Source: Callorhinchus milii
Taxonomy: Eukaryota
Reading direction: 5' to 3'
DNA length: 64,000 nt
Assembly (NCBI RefSeq): GCF_018977255.1
Contig: NW_024704743.1
Location: 41,666,001 to 41,730,000, forward strand
Shown: piece after piece, positions 13,155-25,765 of the stretch
Layout: each line of letters opens with the position of its first letter
Position numbering within the stretch: position 1 is the stretch's first letter
Program-made: the position numbers and the translations under genes
The notes under the pieces: generated by a model
Told to the model about the DNA's origin: nothing
Database searches by the model: none
Seen by the model: only the letters and a program-made list of their open reading frames with translations

Positions 13155-13382
13155 GCACACAGACACAGAGACCCAAAGAGAAAGACACACAATCAAACAC
13201 AGAGACACACACACACTCGGACACAGGGAGACACATACTCAGATACAGAGAGAGACACATTCACACAGAGACACACAAAAACACACACACATATAGAAGA
13301 CATAGACAGACGCACATAGACACACACAGACAAAGAGACACACACTCACATAGAGACACACACAGAGACATTCACACAGACA
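13155..13382. repeat. (CA/GA)-rich low-complexity tract
   Basis: Direct observation; explains ORFs 12976-13260 and 13033-13296. Confidence 0.9.
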
Positions 13383-13389
13383 ATCATAC

Positions 13390-13518
13390 CAAAGGGAGCC
13401 TCCGAGTGTGGCTCATTTGCCACTTGCGCCGCACTGCGCATGTCTGCCTGAAGCCGCTCCGCCGACAGTGATGTCAGGTGAATAGCGCAAGCGGCCTGCG
13501 GGCCAGTAACTACATTTC
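13390..13518. promoter_or_regulatory. Small CpG-rich promoter-like island
   Basis: Ten CpGs in about 110 bp of an otherwise CpG-depleted window. NRF1-like TGCGCATGTC at 13435-13444, ACTACATTTC (ZNF143/THAP11-like) at 13509-13518, YY1-like GCCATTTT at 13081 and ATTGG at 13950. Confidence 0.5.
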
Positions 13519-13920
13519 TACAACAATAAAAACAACAACTTGCACTTATACAGCGCCCTCCACGCTGAGCAGCATCTCACAGCGGTTAACAGTGGTGGAG
13601 CCCAAGGCCAAGCCGGCGGAAGGGGAAGGTGACAGTAAGCGTGGTTGAAAAGGAAGGTCTTGAGGTGCGATCTGAAGATGGGGAAGGAAGGGACAAGGTA
13701 AAGGGGTTGAGGGAGGGAGTTCCAAAGTTTCAGGGCATAATGGCTGAAGGCACGGCCGCCGATGGTGAAGCGGAGGATTTGGGGGACACAGAGGAGTCTG
13801 GACCCAGTAGAGCAGAGGCAGTGGGTACTTCTGTGGGGAGAGTGGAGATTAGAGAGATAGGAGGGTGTTAAGGAATGGAGGGATTTAAATACTAGCAGGT
13901 TTGTAGTGGGTTGGCTGTTG
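13519..13920 (-). mobile_element. L2 LINE 3' fragment (different subfamily tail)
   Basis: ORF 13518-13943 contains LLVFKSLHSLTPSYL...TIGGRAFSHYALKLWNSLP; (CAA)-rich end. Confidence 0.85.
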
Positions 13921-13999
13921 TAGTCGAAAAGGTGCGGCCGCACTTTTCTATTGGCCCAGCTTATGGCTCAGTGGCATGTGCTACCAATTGAGCCAAGTT

Positions 14000-14535
14000 G
14001 ACAACCCTTTCATATGGTCCCTCAACCTTTTCTGCTCCAACAGAATGAACCCTAACCTTTCCAGGATCTCCTCCCAGGCATATATCCTCAGCTTTGGTGT
14101 TATCCTAATTTATTTAGGTTGGATTCTCTAACATAACTCCAACATCCTTTCTATAATATGATGCCCACAAGTGCACATAATATTCTGCCTACTGGTTATC
14201 CATTCTGAAAATCATCATCACCTCCTTACTTTTGTATTCAGTGGCTCTGAATACAAAACCCTCCTGTTTGCCCCTTCTCTGTACCTGTAATCCAACTTTT
14301 AATGGTTTATGTATTTGTACCACTCCCACCCCACCCCCCCTCTCATTCCCCTGTTCTTCTATTCCATTGAAAATTGTGGCACTGGGGGTTTATTTCCAGT
14401 CTATTATTGTACTTCACAATTTTCTTGATTGAAATCCATTTTCTACAAGTGTGCTCACCCCAATAACCATCAATATCTCCCCGTGGCCTTTCCCACCCAT
14501 TATCACTGTTAAAACTGTTAGCAATGTATCCAATC
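14000..14535 (-). mobile_element. CR1 LINE fragment, old
   Basis: Degenerate CR1 RT C-terminal sequence; recognised by pattern only. Confidence 0.5.
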
Positions 14536-16104
14536 ATGAAAATTCAGTGTCTTGAAGCAAGAATAACAAATAAAGCAACAACAACAATATCCTATTTATG
14601 CCACCCTTGACGCAAGGTAGTTAGCACCCTGGAGCACTGAACAATGATAACGTTTAATACCATAGTGGAGAAATATACCACAAAGTAGTATCACAAGGGT
14701 TTCTCGACATATGATCAACATTTGACATTCATGGTGAGATATGACTTTCATTCATTAACATCATGTGCCTTGAAGTGTTGCCATGAGGGACCCAAGATTT
14801 TATAATTGCTGAATTTAGGACCACTTCAGCTAACCAGAACGAGATACAGTTGTGGACCATTTGCTATTCCATTTTGGCTACTTGCCCACAATGTAATTGC
14901 TGGGGAAATTTCAACTAGAGTAAAGTGATGGCACTGGCTTCCCCAGGGCAAGATTTAAAAAGCATTCATCTCCTTGGATTGTTAATTACATCTGAGCTAT
15001 GCTGAGAAAGCATGGCTGTAAAAACTCACTCAGGAGTAGTAGTTGTGAAACTTTGGTCCTGCTTCTCACTGATGGCAAATTCAGTCCCTCTTGAACATCA
15101 CAGAGATGTCAATCCTCAGCACTATAATGATTAAAACACCATCCTACAGCTCGTTAGCATTTACTCCCAGTCTCAATAGTTATGCCCTGAACACACAAGC
15201 TACTAGGTTGAACATTCTGTACAATATAAAAATCCATACCTGCTGTCTGTTTCTCATGACTCACATTGGGAAACGAATACATGTGAACATCGGGTGAAAA
15301 CAAGACACAACTCAAACTTTCTGGATGAAATTTTGTATTTTGGTGAAATTCACTTTCCGAACTCAGTCATGAACATTAACCACTTGGATAAGGTACAAGA
15401 GACTATTAGTGTTGGTGGAACCAAACCTAACAGAACTTAATGACTGGAGACGGAATGAAATTGGGTAAATAGACAAAGTGAAATGTTTTCAAATAATTCC
15501 ACGTTAACCTTTTACAAAAGCAATAAAGTACCATGCTTACATTCCAAAATATTCAAAGCAGTTTGATTCAATCAAATGTATGATTTATTATGAGAGAGAA
15601 CAAATATTTTTAATTTAAAAAATGCTTAAATACTTTATGCATATAACTGGTTCCTGGGAAACTCTAAGAATTTGAGCTTAGAAATTGAAGTTTGCTTATT
15701 CCAAAAAAACAAACACTCTGGCTTTATCAAGATTAAGCAATTATATTAACTTTACAACCATGCCCTAGCCAAATTAATTTCTGAGGTGAGAGGATTATAT
15801 GCAGTCAAACGAGTTCTGGGAGTCGAGATTTACATTTTACAGTCAGAATTCATGACTACATCAGGCTTTGTAGAGACCTGTAAAAGAGTATTAATGTAAA
15901 TTACTTCTGCACTGCAAGAGATAGTTAATGTAAATAACAGGTGCTGGAATGCATCCCAGAGAAAGGCTTTGTTCAACACTTGAATAGGTTTACAAATTAT
16001 AATCTTGATTTATTAATACCAATAAAACAAATTCTACACCTCTGATTTATGTGCTTCCAGCAAAATTAATAAGGGACTTGTAACAGTCATAAAAATACTG
16101 TACT

Positions 16105-16531
16105 TTCAGTGCTCCATTTGTCCACATAGTCAAGCTTACCTAAAACTGAACACATTTGTAAAGGCGGCTTACAAGCTCTATTTTGAGCAATTGGCTGCTG
16201 CGTTTTGCCCACAAAATACACAGTCATTTCATTTTTGAATACATAATGTGAAGCACATTGAGACATCTCAACAATGGGATAAGATGCTATTGCAAATGCA
16301 AGGATTATTATTTCTATAAGCTAGTACAGCTTGTTTTGCTCAGCCTGAGTTCTGATTTCTTCCCACATATAGAAGCTAAATACGTACACATTATGTATTC
16401 AAAAATGAAATGACTGCGTATTTTGTGTGCAAAATGCAGCAGCCAATTGCTCAAAATAGAGCTTGTAAGCCACCTTTAAAATGTGTTCAGTTTTAGGTAA
16501 GCTTGACTATGTGGACAAATGGAGCACTGAA
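16105..16531. repeat. Inverted duplication with ~146-bp arms (16105-16250 and 16387-16531)
   Basis: The arms are near-perfect reverse complements with a few substitutions and a ~136-bp spacer. Confidence 0.95.
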
Positions 16532-17041
16532 TGCACCTGAACAATCATATAGGGTCTGCTGTACACTTCTTTAAGGGGGTGAATATAATCTGTGGAAAGG
16601 TGCAAGCAGAGCAAAAATCTCCTTTAATCACATAGGATATTCTTTCCCTTAAACATTTCAAAACATAAGCTTAAAGAATTCACTGTCCTGCATTTTTTAA
16701 TTTTCTTGCTAGACTTTAAGGATATAGCTCAGAATTATGAGATAAAACGTGTCATTACTCCCGGGTGTTTGTGGGATATTGAAGCAAGCTAAGCAGATAT
16801 GGATTCACATGGAGATTCTTAATATTATACAGGTTTAATCTTGTGGCAAGCCCTTTTACAGACCCCTGGTGTTTGCAACCCCACCCTCACATTCGAACCA
16901 TTATCTAGCCTTCTCCACGCTTCTCAGCCTGGGGCTGAAAAAATTCTTTTTATGTAGGTTATGTATCATCACCTACATAAGAAGGCACAGGCTCCACCCC
17001 TCGAGCCTTCCAGCCTTGATGGCCTAGTGTCTGTCCACTAC

Positions 17042-17394
17042 AATATAATAATAATCTTTGTATTTGATATAGCGCTTTAACACGTCTCAAAGCATTTCAC
17101 AGAATATATTGTAAAGTGGATTGATTGAATTTGTGGGCAAAATATGGCAGCCAATTCTGTACGGCAATGTCTCACAAACAGTTGTGGATTGAGCGACCAA
17201 ATTTTTTTTTGAAGGGATTATTACCCCGGAGAGCAATCTGTCAATCGATTAACAATTGGGTTCCTACGTACCACTAGATAAATAGAGGCATGTGGAATAA
17301 GGAAATGTGCCTAAGGTTTCACCCCACCCAGGAATCGAAACCGGGTCCTCTTGCTTGTCAGTCGAGCATACTAAACACTAGGCTATGCGACTCC
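17042..17394 (-). mobile_element. tRNA-derived SINE, long subfamily
   Basis: Head at 17394, internal GTAGGAACCC core and (AAT)n end. Confidence 0.85.
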
Positions 17395-17650
17395 AATATT
17401 CCTATGTGCAAATTGGTTGCAGGGTCAACTTACAACAGCATATATATTGTGTTCTTCACGCGAAGTAGCGTCCTGGATCGCTTGACAGTGGTAGAGTCTG
17501 ACACCGAGCCAGGGAGAAGGATAGGGAGAGATGACCGTAAGGGGTAGATCTTTAAGTGGGACTTGAAAGTGGGGAGGGAGGAGCAAGGCGGAGGAATTGA
17601 GGGAGAGATTTCCAGAGTTTCGGGCCATTGTAGCTAAAGGAACGGCCACA

Positions 17651-19165
17651 AGTTATAAACTGTAGCAGTGCTGGCTGCATTGATACACACACAGATCTGA
17701 ACACCGTTGTAATAGTATAAATAAGTTTAATCAAAATAACTGGTTGTAACTGACATCATGAATATTGAAAGAATCATAAAGGTTAATGATTGGTTATAAC
17801 TTAAGGGCTAAATGAACATTAGACTTAAACTAAATAGATCATATACAGTTTTGTAGTCGGTTGCATACTAATCCCAAATATAGCTCGATAAATCATAAGT
17901 TTGAATCACATAATATCAAAGCTTTTAAGTAAAACAGGGCACGTTATGCATGGAAGTGCAAAACTATACTACCGGTAACTATCAGTCAATCACCCCCGGT
18001 TGGGTAGAAGCAGCATGCTGGGAAAGGATGCTGGGTCAGCAGTCAAATCCGACTGGTCTCTGGAGTCTGTGACAAGTCTTCCTTTTTTCTCTCTCTCTCG
18101 GTTACCCTGTCTCCCTCTGGTATGTGTGGTATTCTGCCTTAGTCGATCTATCCCCTGAAGTCTGCAATCCCGAGTTCTCCAATGATCAACGTGATTGACT
18201 GGAAGAGCTGCGGTTTGCTGGTCCCCGAGTTTTAACTCAGAGTCTGTGTGGTTCTTCCTCCTTCAGCCCTCCTACTCGTCCCCCAAGGAGTTGTTCTGAA
18301 TCTTGAGTTTCTGTGGTTTCGGTTGGAGAGGTCAGCCCTTTGCAAGGGTGACCACAGAATTCCTCCTCTGTTCTGTCCCTGATCCGAGAGACAACTTCAC
18401 TCAGTTTCTAAAAGTACTGAATCTTACATCACTTTTTTACCATTACCTTCTTTCAGATCTGCTCAACTTAACCCACACATGATGTTCATTGTATCGGTAC
18501 CTGTCAGTGATGAGTTCTCACGCATTCCTTTGCCCCTTGTGACTCTTCTCCTGGCTCTTAATCTCCTCGTCCCAGTTTCCCTGTCCTGGCCTTGAAACTG
18601 TTTTCCGACATATCTCTTTCTTCCGGAAAATATAACTTCATTTAACTTCTTTGATAGCTCTAAACCAGTTTGTGGAGTCCTGTAGCTCAGTGGTTAGAGC
18701 ACTAGCTTTGCAAGTGAGAGCCTGAGTTCAATCCCAGTCAGGGCGAAACCTTGGGCAAGTTTCCTTACTCCACACGTCTAATAATAATCCCTCCAAAAAA
18801 CAAAAAACAATAATAAAATTGGTCATTTTCAATCCACGGCTGTTTGTGGGACATTGCTGTGCGCAATTGGCTGCCGCGTTCGCCCACAAATATACAGTCA
18901 ATTCACTTTACAATGTGTTCTGTGAAGTGCTTTGGGACGTCCTCCCGACGTGAAAGGCGCTATATCAAATACAAGGATTATTATTTTGTACCAGACTGCT
19001 GACCGTTAGGATCAATTTATTGCTGACTTCAAGTGTTTCATAGATCATTCAATTGTCCATTTCCTTATTAATCAACAGCGAGTACATTACCCATAATCAT
19101 ATAAATCAACGCTGATAGTCATGATCATATATAACATAATCATCCATAACTAATCATTATTTACA
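17651..19165 (-). mobile_element. Solo-LTR-like insertion (~1.2 kb plus a nested SINE)
   Basis: Cleanly interrupts an L2. Minus strand begins TGTAAAT, has ATTAAA about 75 nt from the other end, and has no ORF. Confidence 0.55.
18674..18986 (+). mobile_element. tRNA-derived SINE, short young subfamily, nested in the LTR-like insert
   Basis: Intact A/B boxes; tail GGGACGTCCTCCCGACGTGAAAGGCGCT. Confidence 0.92.
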
Positions 19166-20739
19166 CAGTGGTGGAGCGGAGGGAATGAGGGGCAAGCAGG
19201 AGGCCGGAGCCAGCCGAGTGGAGGCAGCAGGTGGTGGAATTTGGGGTAAGTAAATCGAACAAATATGGGGTGCAAGGGCATGAAGGGATTTGAAAATGAG
19301 TTAGAGGATTTTGAAATCAATCTATTCTGTAATTGGGAGCCGGAGGAGTCTGGCAAGCACGGGTGTGATGGGGGTACAGAGTTTTGTGCAGGTGAGTATC
19401 TGGGCAGCAGAGTTTTGAATAAATTGAATTTTGTGTATGGTGGAGCAGGGGAGACCAGCAAGGAAGGCATTGGAATAATCCAACTGGGAAATGATGACGG
19501 TGTGGACGAGGGTTTCGGCTGTGTGGTGGTGAGGTATAGAAGGAGGCAGGCAATGAGGTGGAAAAAAAACTTACAAATTTACAGTCATTATACTTTTACA
19601 GAAACTTTGTCAGGTGCTGATGTAACTAACATTAAAGATCCTATACTAAATGCAAAGATTATTATTTTTATTAAAAATGTGCAGAGCAGGCTTGATGGGC
19701 TGCTAGCATCCCCAGTGGAATGACTTTATATATACTTTTAGTTAATTGGAAGTAACTTTTGCCAATTATTCATTGCTAGAAATTTGTAATTATTTATGTA
19801 TTTTTAAATGTTTTTATTATCAAGTGGAATCATGAAGATGAAGGGAGAAAAATAACTTTTAAAAATTTGTAATAACATCACTCCAATAAATATGGTGATA
19901 TTTTTGTGTTGATTGGTATTAATGTAATGAGGTGTCTATGTTTATGTTGTAACCTACTGTCAGCACTTTGGGATGTCCTCCCAACGTGAAAGGTGTTCTG
20001 TAAATGTAATTTTGTTGTTGTTGCAGCAACTAACTGGAAGGAAAGAGAGATAATCCTCGTTTGAAATTTATCAGAATTAATGGAGGATTTTCTCTCCATA
20101 TCAGTATAAACATAACGTAGCATCATATAGTCAGTCCAGTGTTGATGATGCAATGCTGTTTCCAGCAACAGTGAATGAAATGAACCATGCATTCTCTCCT
20201 GCTGGTTACTATGATTCTAGCTGACAAATTATAACTTGTGTATGTGGTTCTCAGAGGAGTGCTAATTCGACCTCTCCTGAGTCCACTCGTCCTTGTTGAA
20301 AAGCTATAACCTACACAGCACTGCGATGTGTTTTGACTTACGGCACCTCAGCCCCTGCTACTTCTGTCAGCAGTGGTAGACGTTAAATCACCAGAGCTGT
20401 TGAATAATTGAAGGCTTCTGCCTAACATATGGAACCAAAATATAGCATTAATTGTGCAGAACAATGTAATAGTTCATCGAAGTACAAACTAGCAGAGTTT
20501 TTAATATCGTAATATGTATGTTACACACTTAAAACTAATTCACAAACTAAGATATGACAACGCTTTTTGAGGGAAAGACAAATCACATTAACAAGAGCAG
20601 TTGCATCTCAATGTAATAAACCTATGGTTACCAGAGAACCCAATATGTTCTCTAATAGGTTTTGAGTGGCTAATTATTTTAACAAAGAAACAAATAGAAA
20701 ATATAATACAAATTTACATAGCAACTTTCACTTCTGGAG

Positions 20740-20990
20740 GAATACCCAAAGCACTTGTATCCTGTAAAATGATGTGACTGTGTATTTTGTGGGTAAATTG
20801 GAAGCCCATTTGTGTACAGCAATGTCCCACGAGTAACCATGGAGTGAGTGATTGTTTTTTTCATTTGGATGAGAAGGATTTGCTTGGACACATGATAAAC
20901 TCTCTTTTTTCAAATAGTGCCATGGAATCTTTAATGTTCATCTGAATTGACAGGCGAGACCTTGTTTTCACATCTCATCTGAAGGACACA
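20740..20990 (-). mobile_element. Deu-domain SINE, old
   Basis: AATAGTGCCATGGAATCTTTAATGTTCA core and L2-like tail. Similar copies at 21420-21650 and 22620-22930. Confidence 0.6.
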
Positions 20991-23099
20991 CAATTCTTTT
21001 TTCTCCCTGCCATTTGCTAGCATTAGTTTAAGATAACACACTTGCAGCAAAGTTCTTGTGAATCTCGATCAACTAGTCAAAAGTTGTTGAATTCTGACCT
21101 ATGGTATGAAACTGTGGCTAAAAATAGTAATGATAATAATCCTTGCATTTGACATAGCGCTTTTCACATCTTCTAGACATCTCAAAGCACTTCACAGGGT
21201 ATACTGTCAAGTGCATTGACTGCATGCATATTTGTGGGCAAAATATAGCAGCCTTTTTTTTATTAGCCAATCAATTAACTCTTGATTTTTGCAACAACAT
21301 TCAATAATTAAGAAGACTGTTGTTCATCCAATTTTAAAACACAATGCTTTTGAGTTTCTATTTTTATATAACTCTAGTGATACTCTATACATCAATAATA
21401 ATGCTTTTATTTGATAAAGAGCCGTTCACATTAGGAGAATATCGCAACGCGCTTCACAGAATTTTGTGAAGTGTAGTCATTGTGTATTTTTTTGTAGCTG
21501 GATGGAGCAGCCAATCTACACACAGTAATGTCCCACAAATAACCATGAAATAAATGGGGAATTCATTGGTCAGGGCATCATAAGAAACTCTTACCTGTTT
21601 TCAAAATAGTGGCACAGGATCTTTAATGTCCATCTGAACAGGCAGAATCAACAAATTCATCTAAAATATTGGGTTGTTAAAAATCAAGAGAGATAAGCAT
21701 TATTTATTTCTTAACTAACATTTGAGCCTCTGATTTAATTTATTTTATTTCATCTGCTTGCATCTTCAATTTTACCAAACTATTAATACAATCAACTCTG
21801 TTAAATGCTGCTAGTTTCTAATTTTACCAGAAGCATCAAGTTTGCACTATATTTCTCATCATCTCTGTATGTTTTAAAATGTGCTTTTATCCAGTACAAG
21901 TTAAAGATGCTGCTTTTGCAAAATTTATTGAGCATCGTAAAACCTTTCTTTATTATTTAGCTGTGCTAAAGTTCAGCTGTCTTGTAACCTGACAGAAAAC
22001 ATAAAATTAACATAAGAGGGTGCTGTTTTAAAGGGTATTCTTAACAGAATATGACATTTATTGTTCTTTTGAGTTGATGTTCAGAGATTGAAAGTGAGCA
22101 ATCTGGTTTGTATCATCCATCAGATCTACTTGTTTTATAAAGGGCAAAGAAGAATTCCATTCTGTTCATTTGCTGGCCTATGATAACATGATTAATTTTT
22201 AAACAAGTGGTTTACACATGCATTACGTGTGACAGGCATCAAAAAAGGGAACATTCAAATCTCTTATTTGTGCAATATCAGAATAAAGTGGATTATTCTG
22301 TGTAGAAGTCAGAGCACACTTTACAATCAATATGCCACACTTCCGTTGCTACGAACAACTTTCATGAACAATATATAATTTCCTGTTAATAAATGTAAGA
22401 TGCCCATTAAAGACATATTGTGAACTATAAAGTAAGATTAATAGACATAAACTACTTTGAAGATATATATTTTGAGTTTTGGAGTGCAAGTGACACAAGC
22501 AAAGAAAAACAAATCAGTTTATATGAAAATAATCCCCAATAAAACACACGTTTGTAATAAATCATTAAGTAAACATGAAATAATATCATATCACTTGGAT
22601 TTGATGCTGCACCTATACTATTGAAATGTCTCAAAGCATTTTACAGTAATTACTGTGAAGTGCAGTGACTGTGTGTTTGTAAGTGAATGCAGAAATCAGT
22701 TTTGTGCAGGGCAATATCCCACAAACAGCCGTGAAGAGAATGATCATTTTTTCTGGAGGATTATCAATTAGTGCCATGGGATCTTTAACTTCCACACAAA
22801 GAGACAGACAAGAGCTCTGTTTAATGTACATCTCTGACTTTACAGCACACCCTCAGCATTGCATTCGATTGTCAACCTAGACAGTGACCTCAAAGTCCTG
22901 ATGTAGTGCATTAACTCAACCTTCTTCTCTGTAAATCAGAGTGAAATAAAAGTCAATATATAAATGCAACAGCAGGTTACCTGAAAGATATACAGGTTAG
23001 TTAGTAATAAATGCAGAAAGCCATGGCAAATAAATTGTTCACCATAGAAATTAAATGATGTACTTCACAAATGTTCACAAGAAGGTACTTTGCTCATTT

Positions 23100-23560
23100 G
23101 ATCAAATGCTTCCAGAATACCCACTAAAGTGTCTTCCCATAACAGCATCAAGTGTTTTTTAATGAACCTGCTATCCTGATCTCAATTACCTCTGCGTAAA
23201 GAAATACTTGTTGGTGTCTATCTTGAAATTGCCCTTTGCAACTTTCAACCTGTTCACTCGTTCTGCTGTTTCTATATATCCAAATTTATTATTTTAGGAT
23301 TTTTTCTCATTTCCTTTTAAAATCTTCTACACCTTTATTAGTTCCCATCTGAGATGTTGTCTCTTGAGACCAAAGAGCCCTAGCTTGCCTAATTCTTGCT
23401 CATAACTCAATGCTCTAACACTGAGGATTAACCTTGCTGCCACAATAACCCAAACTGTATATAATACTCCAGGTGTGGACTGACCAGAGCACTGTACAGT
23501 TAGGTATGGCTTCTGTGGATGTGAACTCAACTGATGTGGCAATACAGCCCAGCATCCTTA
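23100..23560 (-). mobile_element. CR1 LINE 3' fragment
   Basis: LSYEQELGKLGLFGLKRQHLRWELIKV matches the CR1 C-terminal LSYEERL..LGLFSL..RRLRGDLI motif. Confidence 0.8.
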
Positions 23561-23934
23561 AAGTCCTGTAGCCCTTTTTACTGTTGGTCTGTAATATAAA
23601 AAAATAATTACAGTACCTAATCTAGTGAACTAATTTTAAAAATATTCATTCAGAAAATAATATGGTGGTGGTTGCATCCAAAATTGTGGGCAGAAAGAAA
23701 AGTTATGCGCAGGTTAGTACCTACACCCATCACTCCAGGCTAAAAAGATGCCAATACACAGCAGGCTCCAAAGAAAGGAATGGGATATTATTATCACCAG
23801 CTATGATATAACATCAACCAAAAAACAGTCCTAAAGGGACTATAATTATAACTGGTTTGGGGGATAATGCCTACCTCTGCCCTGCTCCATTAAGTGATCC
23901 ATATTGGTTTTGACTGTATTTTTAAATCAATGTG

Positions 23935-24320
23935 ATAATGATAATAATCTTTGCATTTGATATAGCGTGTTATCACGTCTTTGAGATGTCTCAAAACTCT
24001 TTATAGAATATACCGTAATGTGAATTGACTGTTTATTTTGTGGGTGAAACCCATCAGCCAATTGCACACAGCAGTGTCCCACAAACAGTCGTGGATTGAG
24101 TGACCAAATTATTATTATTTATTCTTATTTATTGGAAGGGAATATTACCACCAGAAAAGTAATCTGCCAATCAACAGGCAAACGGGTTCCTACTTTCTGG
24201 TAGGTAAACAGAGGCGTGTGGAGTAAGAAAACTTGCCCAACATTTGAGCCTGCCCGGGAATCAAATCCAGGTCATCTCGCTTGCAAAGTGAGTGCTCTAG
24301 CCATGGAGCTAGAGGACTCC
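23935..24320 (-). mobile_element. tRNA-derived SINE, long subfamily
   Basis: Complete head, core and tail in reverse. Confidence 0.9.
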
Positions 24321-25344
24321 ACCTCCCTCCTTTACCTCCTTCCTTTCCTCCTATGCGTCTCTCCTGTACCTTCTTCTCACTCCTCCCTTTCACAATTTTC
24401 TTTCCTACTGCTTTCTCATACCTTCTACTCACAGCTCTCTCTTAGACCTACCTCTTATACCTTTCTCCTTGATATGATCATTAACGATACAGTAATGTCA
24501 CACATGATAGATATGACCCTGCCATCTTTTTATCTCACCTGCAGGAAGCCAAGAAATTCAATCATTGCAAAGCTGCATTAATTTAGCATCTAAGTAAACA
24601 GGTGATGGGACATTTTACCCTTGAAGTCAGGGTAAAATGTCTTGTTTACCATGACATTTTGATCATAATTTGTCAACCAGAGCAGCTGGAAACTTGAAAA
24701 ACAATCTTGTTGAGCAAGATGTGGTCTGATTTGTAGAACAAGTCATGGCTTGTAGATGAGTTATATTTGGAACAGGCTTCAGCTTCCACCTTAACCCATG
24801 AACTTGGAGAAAGGTATCAGCAGAAAGAGGTAGGAAAGAGAACTGTGAGAGGCAGGAGTAAAAGGAGGTTTAGGAGGGAGGCATAGGAGGAAAAGAAGGA
24901 GGTGAATGAGGGAGGTATTAGATGAAGGAATGATAGTGAGGTATAGAGGGAGGTTTGTGTGCTAACTACTATCTGTGATAAAAACATTGGACTTTTTCAT
25001 TTTTATCCTAATAAATCAGAGCATGGCACATGCGGTTAGTGTTACACATCCCATTTACATCAGGCAAATAAATATCTGCCATGTTTGTTCTCTTCGGGAC
25101 CAAGGGTTAATATGAATCTTCCTCTTAAATGTTCCTCTGATCATCATTAGATTGAAAAATGCTAGATCTCTCTAAAATAAGGCCTTCTCCCAGTTGCACT
25201 TTTGTTAAGAAACCAAATTTCCTTTTCATTCTTTCCCTCAACTGATAATATATTATGTAATCCAGAAATAACGATACTCAGGTGTGTACCTAATGTGCAC
25301 AGTTTTGTTGAACTCCATCTGATCTGTTTTTTCTTCTACTCTTA

Positions 25345-25765
25345 GTGAGAGGCTGGGCAGACTTGGATTATATTCCTTGGACCTGCGAAGATTTAAGCAT
25401 TGATTGAAATGTTTAAAATAATGAAAGGAATTGACAAGTTAGACAGTGATGACTCAGCCCTTTGGTAGAGGAATACAAAACAAGGCAATATCTTAAAATG
25501 AGAGCTAAGCTGTTTACAAGTCAGAACAGAAACCATTTATGCACAGAGAGAGTTGTGGGAATGTGGAATACAATGTCCTTGGAGACAGAATCAATTGGAA
25601 TAATTTAAATGTGAGAAGATAATTGAGATACAATGGTAATTTAAGGGATATGGAGAAAAGGCAAAGCAATGGAATTAAAAATAACTACCATGATCCAATA
25701 AATGGGTGGAGGAGGCTCAATGGGCTGAAATGTCTCCTCTTGTTTCTAATGATCCTATATTCCAG
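25345..25765 (+). mobile_element. CR1 LINE 3' end
   Basis: ERLGRLGLYSL-like remnant followed by a CR1-type 3' UTR (ATGGGCTGAAATGTCTCCTCTTGTTTCTA). Confidence 0.7.

Larger units (their letters stand above)
17427..19560 (-). mobile_element. L2 LINE 3' fragment split by the insertion at 17651-19165
   Basis: GRSFSYNGPKLWKSLP on the left; the sequence resumes as cagtggtggagcgg at 19166 and continues into degenerate L2 C-terminal coding sequence. Confidence 0.75.

Noticed and set aside
21279..21690. 12-bp inverted repeat CTCTTGATTTTT as MITE TIRs
   Set aside because: Short, no TSD, and the interior is mostly an old SINE.
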